Position numbers and translations under genes: made by a program. The notes beneath the pieces were generated by a model. The model saw only the letters and a list, made by a program, of their open reading frames with translations. It ran no database searches and was not told the DNA's origin. From Hemiscyllium ocellatum (lineage: Eukaryota), in the NCBI RefSeq assembly GCF_020745735.1, contig NW_026867526.1:722416-786415 (forward strand): DNA of 64,000 bases, in the 5' to 3' direction. This document shows positions 50,301 to 61,890 of this stretch, piece by piece; positions within the stretch are counted from its first letter, which is position 1; every line of letters starts with the position of its first letter.

Positions 50301-51825
50301 GTCTCATTTCCCTTACGTGCAAAAGTAGAGGCACACATCAAGAGCCTGGAAAGCTAACGATGATCAAACCACTGCAGTGTGCCCTATGTGCAGCACTGTT
50401 CGAACCCATTGTATCAATTTGTCTATGTGGAGATTTTAAAGATTTGATGAGAGAATTTTTGAAGCCAGGTATAAAACTGATGCATCATGTTGAGGACTTG
50501 GCTGGAAAACCGTAGATGCCTGGTCATTGACAAAGCTGGATATGTGTCATACGAATGTAGCATTATGCTTCAATGAGGATTCCCGTAAATATGCTACAGT
50601 TAATACCCATAAAGGGTGTAACCACTGTATTTGACTGCATTTGTTTTGGGATATCGTCAGCCAATGTATCGTTCCAGTGAATGGCCAAGAACTGTTTACA
50701 AGGTCTACCCATGGTCCCTATTTCTATGAAGATTTGCTAATCACAGGGGAGATCAATAAAGATCATTTAATGTTTATCCAAGACCTTAGGAAGGAAGAAA
50801 ATGTGTTCCAAGGCACCCCAAGTGACGTAATTGAGCTACTGCATGGACAAGTGGGTAAGACAGATTTGAAGATAAAGCGAGGACAACCAAGAGTTCATCG
50901 GCTCTTACGTCTGCATTGGAGCTTCAGTCTTTCCTTGGGTTAGTGAATTATTACGGAAAATTGTGTAATCACCTGGCCTCCATTTTGGCAGCTGAGATTT
51001 GCAATTGAGAAGGGCCTGCATTGCAAATACTCACATCGCCAAGAAGAACCCTTATTGGAATTGAAAAAGCAGCTATCATCATTTAATGCCTTGGCAGAGA
51101 ATGATCTCCAGTCAGATGTGGTACTGACGTACAAAGCGTCACCATCTGGTATCCAGTTACTGCTAGCTCACCGACAGAAGGGATTGCCTTGTCTTACGTG
51201 CTTCCCAGAGTTTGGCTGATGCTGAATGAAAATGCATCCAGATGGAGATGGAATGTTTGGCAGTAACCTTTTGTGTGAGAAAGTTCAGCCAATAGATTCC
51301 TGCAGTTATCTTTGATGTAGCAATGCATCACAAAACCCTGCTAGAGCTACCTGGAGAAGGCAGGGCTATCCCACTTCCAGCTTGAGGTTAAATTCAGAAG
51401 TGAGCTCTTATTCTGAGTGCATGGATTTACAGCTTGGAACACCATATCTGCAGTCAACTGGTTAATGCCTGAAGTCACCATGGCACGTGCCACCAAAGGA
51501 AGAGTTCATTTTAGTTTTAACCATTCTGCATCCCTTAGAACATAGAACATAGAACAATACAGCACAGAACAGGCCCTTCGGCCCACGATATTGTGCCGAA
51601 CATCTATCCTAGATTAAGCACCCATCCATGTACCTATCCAATTGCCGTTTAAAGGTCGCCAATGATTCTGACTCTACACTCCCACGGGCAGCGCATTCCA
51701 TGCCCCCACCACTCTCTGGGTAAAGAACCCACCCCTGACATCTCCCCTATACCTTCCACCCTTCACCTTAAATTTATGTCCCCTTGTAATACTCTGTTGT
51801 ACCCGGGGAAAAAGTTTCTGACTGT

Positions 51826-53245
51826 CTACTCTATCATTTCTCTGATCATTTTATAAACCTCTATCAAGTCACCCCTCATCCTTCGCCGTTCCAACGAGAA
51901 AAGACCGAGAACTCTCAACCTATCCTCGTACGACCTATTCTCCATTCCAGGCAACATCCTGGTAAATCTTCTCTGCACCCTCTCCAAAGCTTCCACATCT
52001 TTCCTAAAGTGAAGCGACCAGAACTGCACACAGTACTCCAAATGTGGCCTAACCAAAGTCCTGTACAGCTGCAACATCACTTCACGACTCTTGAATTCAA
52101 TCCCTCTGCTAATGAACGCTAATACACCATAGGCCTTCTTACAAGCTCTATCCACCTGAGTGGCAACTTTCAAAGATCTATGTACATAGACCCCAAGATC
52201 CCTCTCTTCCTCCACCTGACTAAGAACCCTACCGTTAACCCTGTATTCCGCATTCTTATTTGTTCTTCTAAAATGGACAACCTCACACTTGGCAGGGTTG
52301 AACTCCATCTGCCATTCCTCAGCCCAGATCTGCATCATATCTAAGTCCCTTTGCAGCCGACAACAGCCCTCCTCACTGTCCACAACTCTACCAATCTTGG
52401 TATCATCTGCAAATTTACTGACCCACCCTTCAACTCCCTCATCCAAGTCATTAATAAAAATTACAAACAGCAGAGGACCCAGAACTGATCCCTGCGGGAC
52501 TCCACTTGTAACTGGGCTCCAGGCTGAATATTTACCATCCACCACCACTCTCTGACTTCGACCGGCTAGCCAGTTTTCTATCCAATTGGCCAAATTTCCC
52601 TCTATCCCATGTCTCCTGACTTTCCACATAAGCCTACCATGGGGAACCTTATCAAATGCCTTACTAAAATCCATGTACACTACATCCACTGCTCTACCCT
52701 CATCCACATGCTTGGTCACCTCCTCAAAGAATTCAATAAGACTTGTAAGGCAAGACCTACCCTTCACAAATCCGTGCTGGCTGTCCCTAATCAAGCAGTG
52801 TCTTTCCAGATACTCATAAATCCTATACCTCAGTACCCTTTCCATTACTTTGCCTACCACAGAAGTAAGACTAACTGGCCTGTAATTCCCGGGGTTATCC
52901 CTATTCCCTTTTTCGAACCGGGGCACAACATTCGGTACTCTCCAGTCCCCTGGTACCACCCCCGTTGACAGTGAAGACGAAAAGATCATTGCCAACGGTA
53001 CTGCAATTTCCTCTCTTGCTTCCCACATAATCCTAGGATATATCCTGTCAGGCCCAGGGGACTTGTCTATCCTCAAGTTGTTCAAAATGTCCAATACATC
53101 TTCCTTCCTAACAAGTATCTCTTCTAGCTTACCAGTCCGTTTCACACTCTCCTCTTCAACAATACAGTCCCTCTCGTTCGTAAATACTGAAGAAAAGTAC
53201 TCATTCAAGACCTCTCCTATCTCTTCCGACTCAATACACAATCTT
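51826..53245 (-). CDS. CR1 ORF2 reverse transcriptase domain (open frame, frameshifted near the C-terminus)
   Basis: KSPGPD, NPGNYRPVSLTS, SQHGFVKGRSC, YMDFSKAFDKVPH, GVPQGSVLGP, KFADDTK. Confidence 0.92.
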
Positions 53246-53640
53246 GGGGGGCCTATAGTAAACACCCAACAAGGTGACTGCACCTTTCCTATTTCTGACT
53301 TCAGCCCATACTACCTCCAAAGGCAGATCCCCCTCAAACTTCCTTTCTGCAGCCGTTATACCATTTCTAATTAGCAATGCCACCCCCCTCCTTTTTTACC
53401 ACCCTCCCTAATCTTACTGAAACATCTGTAACCAGGAACCTCCAACAACCATTCCTGTCCCTCATCTATCCACGTTTCCGTGATGGCCACAACATCGTAG
53501 TCCCAGGTACCGATCCACGCCTTAAGTTTACCCACCTTATTTCTGATACTCCTTGCGTTGAAGTATACGCACTTGAGCCCATCTCTGTGTCCGCAAGTAT
53601 TCCCTGTCAGTGCTACCTTCTCCACAGCCTCCCTACATTC
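53246..53640 (-). pseudogene. CR1 ORF2 APE endonuclease N-terminal half (rest deleted)
   Basis: LKCVYFNARSIRNK...DVVAITETW...GGG, a frameshift in a G-run, then GVYYRPP fused directly to RLCIESEE. Confidence 0.88.
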
Positions 53641-53713
53641 TTGGACATCCTGACAAACAGCTAGCTTACTTGCTGGACTACAAGTCCGGATCCCATCCCC
53701 CTGCCAAATTAGT

Positions 53714-54640
53714 TTAAACCCCCCCCCGAAGAGTGCTAGCAAACCTACCCCCCAGGATATTGGTGCCCTTCTGGTTCAGGTGCAACCCGTCCTGTTTGTA
53801 CAGGTCCCACCTTCCCCAGAATGCAATCCAATTGTCCAAATACCTGAAGCCCTCCCTCCTACACCATCCTTGCAGCCACGTGTTCAACTGCACTCTCTCC
53901 CTATTCCTTGCCTTGCTGTCACATGGCACCAGCAACAACCCAGAGATGACGACTCTGTCCGTCCTAGCTTTTAGCTTCCAGCCTAACTCCCTGAGCTCTT
54001 GAATGACCTCCCCGCCCCTCTTCCTACCTATGTCGTTGGTGCCAATGTGTACCACGACTTCTGGCTGCACACCCTCCCCCTTAAGGATTTTGAAGACACG
54101 GTCCGAGACGTCTCGGACCCTGGCACCCGGGAGGCAACAAACCATCCGAGAGTCTCGCCCATGTCCACAGAACCGCCTGTCCGTCCCTCTAACTAGAGAG
54201 TCTCCTATAACTAGCGCTCTCCTCCTCTCCCCCTTTCCCTTCTGAGTCTCAGAGCCAGACCTCACGCCACAGACCCCGTCATTGCAGCTTACACCTGCAA
54301 GGCTGTCCCCCCCAACAGTTTCCAAAGCTGTTTACTTATTGTTTAGGGGAACGACCACAGGGGAACCCTGCACTGCCTGCTTCTTCCCCTTCCCACCTCT
54401 AACTGTTACCCAGCTACCTCTGTTCTCCGGCGTAACTATGTCCCTGTAGTTTCTATCAATCACCCTCTCAGCCTCTCAAATAATGCTCAGTTCATCCAAC
54501 TCCAGTTCCAGTTCCCTAACTCGTTCGGTGAGGAGCAGGATCTGACTGCATTTCCTGCAGATGATGTCGGCAGGAGTATCGGTGGTCACCCCTACCTCAA
54601 ACATCCTGCAGGAGGAACATTCCACTGCCTGCGCTGCCAT
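53714..54640 (-). pseudogene. CR1 ORF1 (zinc finger/leucine zipper plus SGNH esterase), two premature stops
   Basis: MAAQAVECSSC...CRKC...RVRELELEL, then VIGDSLVRG, HIGTND and DGLHLN. In-frame stops at 54476-78 and 54332-34. Confidence 0.9.
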
Positions 54641-57424
54641 GACTGTACACTTTGTCTCCAAAACAAGAACACTGAGTCAATAACACTGAGTCGCTTACCT
54701 GTGGACTTTAAAGTTAGGTTAGAGGAGGAGGATGGGAGGGAGGCCCTACGAAGTAGGGCCTGGGGTCTAGAACACACCCACTCAAATACCAATCACTTAC
54801 CTTCCCGACCAGCTCTGCATTCCAACCTCACTTCCGCCCAGCTCGCGCCGCTGTCTGCGGTGAAAGGGCCGTTGGCGTCGAGGTCATCTTCTGGTCATCT
54901 CTGACAATATCACACTGTAGATACAAGAATTTCCTTTCCTGATGAAACAAGAACCACTGGTGGTGTTCAAAACTGATGACGATCATCATAACCAGGATGG
55001 AATTCTTTCTGGAGCTGGCAAGACCAGATGACAGTTGAAGATGGCACGCTTATGTGGGGAGCAAAGATGTTTGTTACAGACAAAGGTCATTGTCAGATAC
55101 CACCAGACTCCACCTATGATTTCCAAAATGAAGATATTGGTGAGAGGTTATGTCTGATAGCCAGAATTGGATGCCGATGCAGCCATTTTGGTGGGGCAAT
55201 ATCCACAATGCCAAGGACAGAGGACAGAAATTGTCACCAGCAGTGCATCATTTTCATGGCACTGACCAGGTAGAACCTTAGCTCAGTTACAAGTCGAATG
55301 TGCCGGTCCATTATGTGGGATCTGTACTTTAAGGATGTCGGTCACAGATAAAGGGTATTCATTTGCCAGCAGGTAGTTTAGTGTATTGCCTAAAATCGAA
55401 TGGCATTAGCATGTAGTGACAACTGCATGCGTTGTCTGATTGTATGGTGGAAAGTACAGTCCAAACATTGAGGGCAAAGTTAAGTAAACAGCCAACAACT
55501 TCACTGGATGTCAAACTGTCCCACTTTCTCTCTGATTATAGAAACACCACTCACACAACTGCAGTGACAACGCCACCAGAATTGCTAATGTGAAGAAGCC
55601 TCCAAGTTAAATCGGATCTTCTCGGATGTTGTGGGGAGAGTGACACGGCATCAGGAAGGCCAATGCCAGTCACAAAACCCCTCTTTGTGGAAGGCAGTTT
55701 ATTTCATGGCACAAAATGTGCGGTTGAATCGGTGGGAATGGCCCTGAATGTGTTCAAAGTGAAGTCAGGTCACAAGATGTGCAATGCTTATGTCACACTA
55801 GAAGTCCTGAACAATTTTGAGGATCGCATGATTGCTGCAACCTCAAGACTTGGTCAGGAGCACAACATACCCAGCCCCTCACAACATTCAGCAAGGCTGT
55901 CTGAACCTGTGGGTTCTCCCCCTCCTCCACTCAGTGTGGAAGAATCCTCTGAGAGTGAGATGGACATGGTAGATGTTGCAGCATTGACACCATTACCACC
56001 TGTAGAAGAAGATACATTTCTTCTGAGATGCAAGAAGTGGGCCACAGTCCAGCCCAAGGCGGCGGAATGCACCCCCGAGTCCGAAGAAGTGGATCTTGTG
56101 GGAAAATGACTCATGATATGTCCCAGGAATTAGAGGGGGACGGAAGTGAACCTCATTGAATATATATTTCCAGGTTGAGGCTGTTCACCTGGTCTAATCA
56201 GGGAGACCTGACTGGCAGATGTGTCGGCGATCTGCTCACTTGAGCTGTGTCGATGAAGGCTAGGTCAGTGTCATGTACTTTGCCCATGGCGAATTTTGGA
56301 GTGCATGCCATAACATGTTACATGCATGGAGTTCAGCAATATCTAAGCCTTGGATCAAATAGAGAAAGTGGTCCTCCAGCTCGAGAACAGGGCTGCAGTT
56401 GCAATTGGTATTCCCCCTCCAGCATAGAACTGCGGAGGCTCCGAGCTTCCAGTGCAACTGAATATCCTTGTCTGCCTTCTCTGGAAGGAGGAGAGCATCC
56501 CAGGATAGCTCCCAGATGCCAACATCAGGAGTATTTTCAAATAATGGAACATATCAGACTGTGGTACGTTCAGGGCAATGTCCGTGATGTTGACCACTGG
56601 ACAATTCATCACCAAGGTACTTTTCAACTGTCTCTTCCTTATGGCTGATGAACTCCCTCTGCAGTTTCAGTGTGACTTTCGGCCTCAGATGGGCACATTC
56701 AGCATGACTGCGTAGGGCCTTCTTCAACCTTACAAAGGCCTTTGACACCATCAATCAGAAAGCACTTGTACAGCATTCCTCTCCACTTTCGATGCAGCAT
56801 GAAGTTTGTAACCATATGTCACCTGATCCACAACAACGTGCAAATCACCGTAACAACAAGCGGCCTCAACACCCGTCCATTCCCACTTTAACTCCGTGTC
56901 GTGCATTGCTGTGTCTTCACCACAAAACTGCTCTGAATCTACCTCACAACACCGATGAGAGAGAGAGCAAACTAAGATTTTGAATCTTGATGACTTCTCA
57001 TCAGAGCTGTTTATTTATTGTTTGTTTTCTATGATATGTTTGAGTTTGCTTTTATGTTACCCCCTGTGGACCCTGCCCATGAGTGATTAGTGGGAACAGA
57101 GTCCAGCAGAGTCAGGTTTTGATTATGTCTTTCTACAGAATAATAGTGTCTTTTTTGTTCAACTAGTCGCTTTAGGTTCTTTTTGAAAGAGCAGAGCATA
57201 TGTCATGGTCTTGTGCCGGTTCTGGGAGTCTCTGATGCAGGCAGTGATAGTTGTTTATCAGATTGGAAGCCTGTGATGAATGCAGGAATCGGTGCTGGGT
57301 CGAATGCCGTTTGTCATTTGTGTAAAGGATTTGCGTGAGAATATGAGATGCATGGTTGGTGAGGATTGGCAGGTGGAGTTTAATTGGCAGGACCTGTGTT
57401 GAACCGAGAGTCCCAGGGGTTGAC

Positions 57425-59950
57425 AGAACCTCTACAGTGTGGAGGCAGGCCATTTGACACAATAGGTCCACACCACCAGTGCCATTCGCCTTGTGTGCAA
57501 AAGTAGAGTCATGTGCCTGGAGCGCTGAGGGATCATCAAACCACCGTAGTTTGCAGCACTGTTGATATCCATTATTGGTCGAGTCGCATTTGTGCCAATT
57601 TGAAAGAAATGTTGAGCCAGTTTTTGAAGCCAGATAAATAAACAGTAAATTGCATTGAGGAGTTTTACGCAAAAGTGCACGGAACTTGTTTGTCACAATG
57701 CTGGAAATGAGCTGTGTGAATGTGCCATTGTGATTCAGTGAGGATTTCCATAAACATGCACCAATTAATACCCATGAGGGATGGAAACAATATCCTTGAC
57801 TGCCTGTCTTTTAGGGTATCAGCAGGCGGTGAACAGTTCCAGGGAATGAGGGAGAACATTTTCCAAGGTCTACTGCAGGTCAATATTTATCTGAATGATG
57901 TGCTAGATACAGTGATGATCAATAAAAATGTGTTTAATGTTTCTCCAAATCCTTAGAAAGGTAAAAAAAGCAGGTGGGTTCCAAGGCATCCCAACTGAAC
58001 TCATTGAGCGTCAGCATCAACAACAGTGGGCTACGCACATCCAACAATAACATGAGGGTATCCAAGGGTTCCTCAGTTCCCACATCTGTATCAGTGCTTT
58101 GGACTTTCCTTGGCTTGGTGAATTATTACGGAAAATTCTGGAATGAGCTAGCATTCATTCTGGCAGCTTAGATTTGCTATTCAGAAAGAGCCAACTTTGC
58201 AAGTAGCCGAGTCACCAAGATGTAGCTTTTCAGGAGTTGAAAAAGCAGCTATCGGCATTTAAAAGTTTTGCACAGACTACTCCCCAGTGAGATGTGGTGC
58301 TGACATGCGAAGTCTCCCCACACAGTATCCAGTTGCTTCTGGCTCACCGACAGCTCAGCAGAGAGAACTGCCCAGTAGTATATGCTGACCAGGCTTTGGC
58401 TGATGCCAAATGAAAATTCATCCAGAGTGAGAAGGAAAGGTTGGTGATAATCTTTTGTGTGAGAAAATACATCCAACCAATATATTCATTTTACATACGT
58501 TTGATGTAGTAATGCACCACAAATCTCTACTAAGGCTACCCGATGAAGACAGGACCATCCCACTTTTTGCTTCACGTTCGAATTCTGATGTGAGCTTTTA
58601 TTCTGAGTGCATGGAATTACAAGTTGGAACAGCATACGTGCAATCAAGTGGTTAATGCCTGCAGCCAACTCCCTACGGTGGGTACACCATGGTGAGTTCA
58701 ACCTAAGGAAGAATCCGTTCTGGTTTTAAAATTCCTGTACACCCATCTAGTCATCTCTGACAATATCACACTGTGGGTACAACTGATGTGTTCAAAACAA
58801 AAGGGTGATCACTACCAGAATGGAATCCTTTCTGAACCTGGCGAGACCAGACTTGAAGACTGCATATTAATGTGGGGAACCAGTGTGTTTGTCACAAGCA
58901 ATGGTCACTGTTGGATACCAGGTCAACTCCATCAGGGTCATCCTGTGATTTCCAAAATGAAGATGTTGACGAGAAGTTATGTCTTGTGACCAGAATTGGA
59001 TGCCGATACAGCCATTTTTGTGAGGCATTACCCACAGTGCTAACAAGGACAGAAATTGTCACCAGCAGAGCACTATATTCATTGGAATAGCCAGGTATTA
59101 CATTGGATCAGTTACGCATTCAATGTGCCTGTCCATTTACGGGATGTATACTTGTAATGATGTTGGTCACAGATAAAGGGCATTCATTTGCCAGCAGGGA
59201 GTTTTGAGTATTTCCGAAAGTCGATTGGGATTTGGCATGGAACGACAGCTGCATCTGTTGTCCGATAGTCTGGTGGAAATAACAGTCCAAACTTAATAGG
59301 CAAAGTTAAGAAAACAGCTGACAACTTCACAGGATTCCATTCCATGATAAATCTCATCTTCCCAGACCTTGTAGGAAATGGAAAACAACATCTAGAATGC
59401 CAATGCCGGCCACAAAACGGCTCTTTGTGAGAGAGACAGTTTACATCATGGGGCAAAATCTGCTGTTGCAGCCATGGGCAGAGACTTGTGTGGCTAAGAG
59501 GCATATAGTCAGGGTGAGGACAGATTCCATGATGTACAATGCTTGAATTGGACAAGCAGTACTGAACAAATGTGAGGATCACGTGATTGCTGTAACCTCA
59601 CAAGTGGTCAGGAGAAATACACACCCAGTTGTTCTGAACATCCAGATATTCTGTCCAAACGTGTGGGTTCTCTTGGTCCTCCTAGTGTGGAAGAAACCTC
59701 TGAGAGTGAGATGGATACAGCAGGCGTTGCAACATTGTGGCTGTTACCATATGTGGAAGAAGGTAAACATTTTCTGAGATGCAAGAGGTGGGCTGCCGAC
59801 CAACACATGCCAACATTAGCCAAGCCAGAGTCCAGGTTAGTGGACCTCATGGGGAAATGCCTCAGGAGATGCTTCAGGAAAAAGAAAGGGCCTGTAGCTC
59901 AGGACTTAGAGCATGATGGAGGTGATGATTGGAACGGAGTCAGCCAGGTA
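57425..59950 (+). mobile_element. Decayed Gypsy pol, PPT and LTR start of a monomer
   Basis: QLHQGHPVISKMKMLTRSYV at ~58920-58985. PPT-like ttagagcatgatggag at 59906. Confidence 0.85.
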
Positions 59951-60173
59951 ACAGTTGTGGCTGTTAATCTGATCCACTCAGGGAGTCCTGGTTATCAGGT
60001 GTGTCAGGGATTCTGCTGCACGTGAGGAGCTGTCGCAAAGAAGGCGAGGTCAGTATCATATACGTGCATGTGCAAGATCTTGTACTGTATCCCACAGAGT
60101 ATTAGACGTAAGGAGCTCAGCAATCCCCAGTCTTGGACGAAACAGAGAAGGCTGTCATCCAGCTTAAGAATGA

Positions 60174-60378
60174 GATTAGATTAGATTAGATTACTTTCCG
60201 TGTGGAAACAGGCCCTTCGGCCCAACAAGTCCACACTGACCTGACGAAGCGCAACCCACCCATACCCCTACATTTACCCCTTGCCTAACACTACGGGCAA
60301 TTTTAGCATGGCCAATTCACCTGATCTGCACATCTTTGGACTGTGGGAGGAAACCGGAACACCCGGAGGAAACCCACG
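60174..60378 (-). mobile_element. 5'-truncated HE1-type SINE with (ATTAG)n tail
   Basis: attagattagattagattactttccgtgtggaaacagg...ggaggaaacccacg. The tRNA head is missing. Confidence 0.88.
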
Positions 60379-61678
60379 TTTGAGGTGGAGGCACAATTGG
60401 TATTCCCCCTGAGACATTGAAATGGAGGGGCAATGAGCTCCCAATGCAACGGCGTGCCCTTGTCTGCGTCATCTGGATGGAGGAGAGCATCTCAAGAGAG
60501 CTCCCAGATGCCACAGTTGTGAGTGTTTTCAAGACAAGAGAATGTGTCAGACTATGGTAACTACAGCAAAATATCCCTGATGTCGATCATTGGAAAACGT
60601 ATCGCTAAGGCCCTTGTCTACTGTCTCCTGCCTTTGCGTGATGATCCCATCCTGGAATTTCTGTCCATACTTCAGCCACAGATGGGCACAAAGGACAGGA
60701 TTTTACTGTTATGTAGGGTGCTCTTAGACCCTTCAAAGCCTTTGACACCATCGATCAGGAAGCATATATGGAGCGTTCTTCTCCACTTTATTTGCATCAT
60801 GCAACTTGTCACCATCCATCACCTGGTCCATAATGACGTGTAAGTCATCTTCATGACGTGTTCAACATATTGGTTGAACTTTGTCAGGCTCAACATTCCA
60901 TCTCCATCTGAATGCATTTTCATTCGGCATCAGCCAAACTCTGGGAAGCAAGTACTATCAGGTGGTTCTCTCTGTCATTGAGCCAGCAATAACCGGATAC
61001 CAGATGGTGAGGCTTCGCATGTCAGTGTCTCATCTCACTGTAAAATCCTGTCCTTTGTGCCCAGCTACTCCACCAGGGTCACCCTGTGATTTCCAAAATT
61101 AAGATGTTGATGAGAAGTTATGTCTTGTTGCCAGAATTGGATTCTGATACAACCATGTTCGTGGGGCATTTCCCACAGTGCCAACAAAGGCAGAACTTGT
61201 CACCAGCAGTGCACTATATTCATGGGAATGGCCAGGTATAACCTTAGCTCAGTTACACATCAAATGTGCCAGTCTGTTCTGTAGGATCTGTACTTGTAAT
61301 GATGTTGGTCACAGGTAAAGGGCATTCATTTGCCAGCAGGTAGTTTTGAGTATTACCTAAAATCGAATGGCATTCAGCATGTAGTGACAGCTGTATCCAT
61401 TGTCCGATTGTCTGGTGGAAAGAACAGTCCAAATATTGAGGGCAAAGTTAAGAAAACAGCTGGCAACGTCGCTGGATACCAAACTGTCCCACTTTCTGTT
61501 GATTATAGAAACACCGCTCACACAACTGCAGTGACAACTCCACCAGATTTGCTGATGCGAAGAAGACTCCAAGGTAAATGTGATCTTTTTGGATGCTGTG
61601 GGGAGAGTGAAACGGCATCAGGGAGGCCAATGCCGGCCACAAAACCCCTCTTTGTGTGTGAGGCTGTTTACTTCATGG

Positions 61679-61890
61679 CTGCAAATGTGTTGCTGGTCAA
61701 AGCACAGGGTTAGGCAGCATCTCAGGAATAGAGAATGCGACGTTTCGAGCATAAGCCCTTCATCAGGAATAAGAGAGAGAGAGCCAAGCCGGCTGTGTGC
61801 TGTGTGTGGAAGGAGGTCAAGGTGAGGGTGATAGGCCGGAGTGGGGTGGGGGCGGAGAGGTCATGAAGAGGATTGCAGGTTAGGAGGGCG
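61679..61890 (-). mobile_element. PLE 3' UTR/pLTR insertion with hammerhead core, 13-bp TSD
   Basis: TSD GTTTACTTCATGG at 61666-61678 and 61891-61903. The minus strand reads CUGAUGA-A-GGGC-UUAU-GCUC-GAAAC-GUC. Confidence 0.88.

Larger units (their letters stand above)
51537..54887 (-). mobile_element. Young, near full-length CR1/HER1 LINE with an internal ORF2 deletion
   Basis: 5' UTR, ORF1, ORF2 and an (AGAACAT)n tail on +. CpGs are retained and the RT frame is open for 485 codons. Confidence 0.95.
50245..55760 (+). mobile_element. Decayed Gypsy pol of a monomer, split by the young CR1 at 51537-54887
   Basis: Flanks rejoin as ...ccattctgcatccctt|ctggtcatctctgacaatatc..., matching the uninterrupted copies at ~37410 and ~58740. 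Confidence 0.85.
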
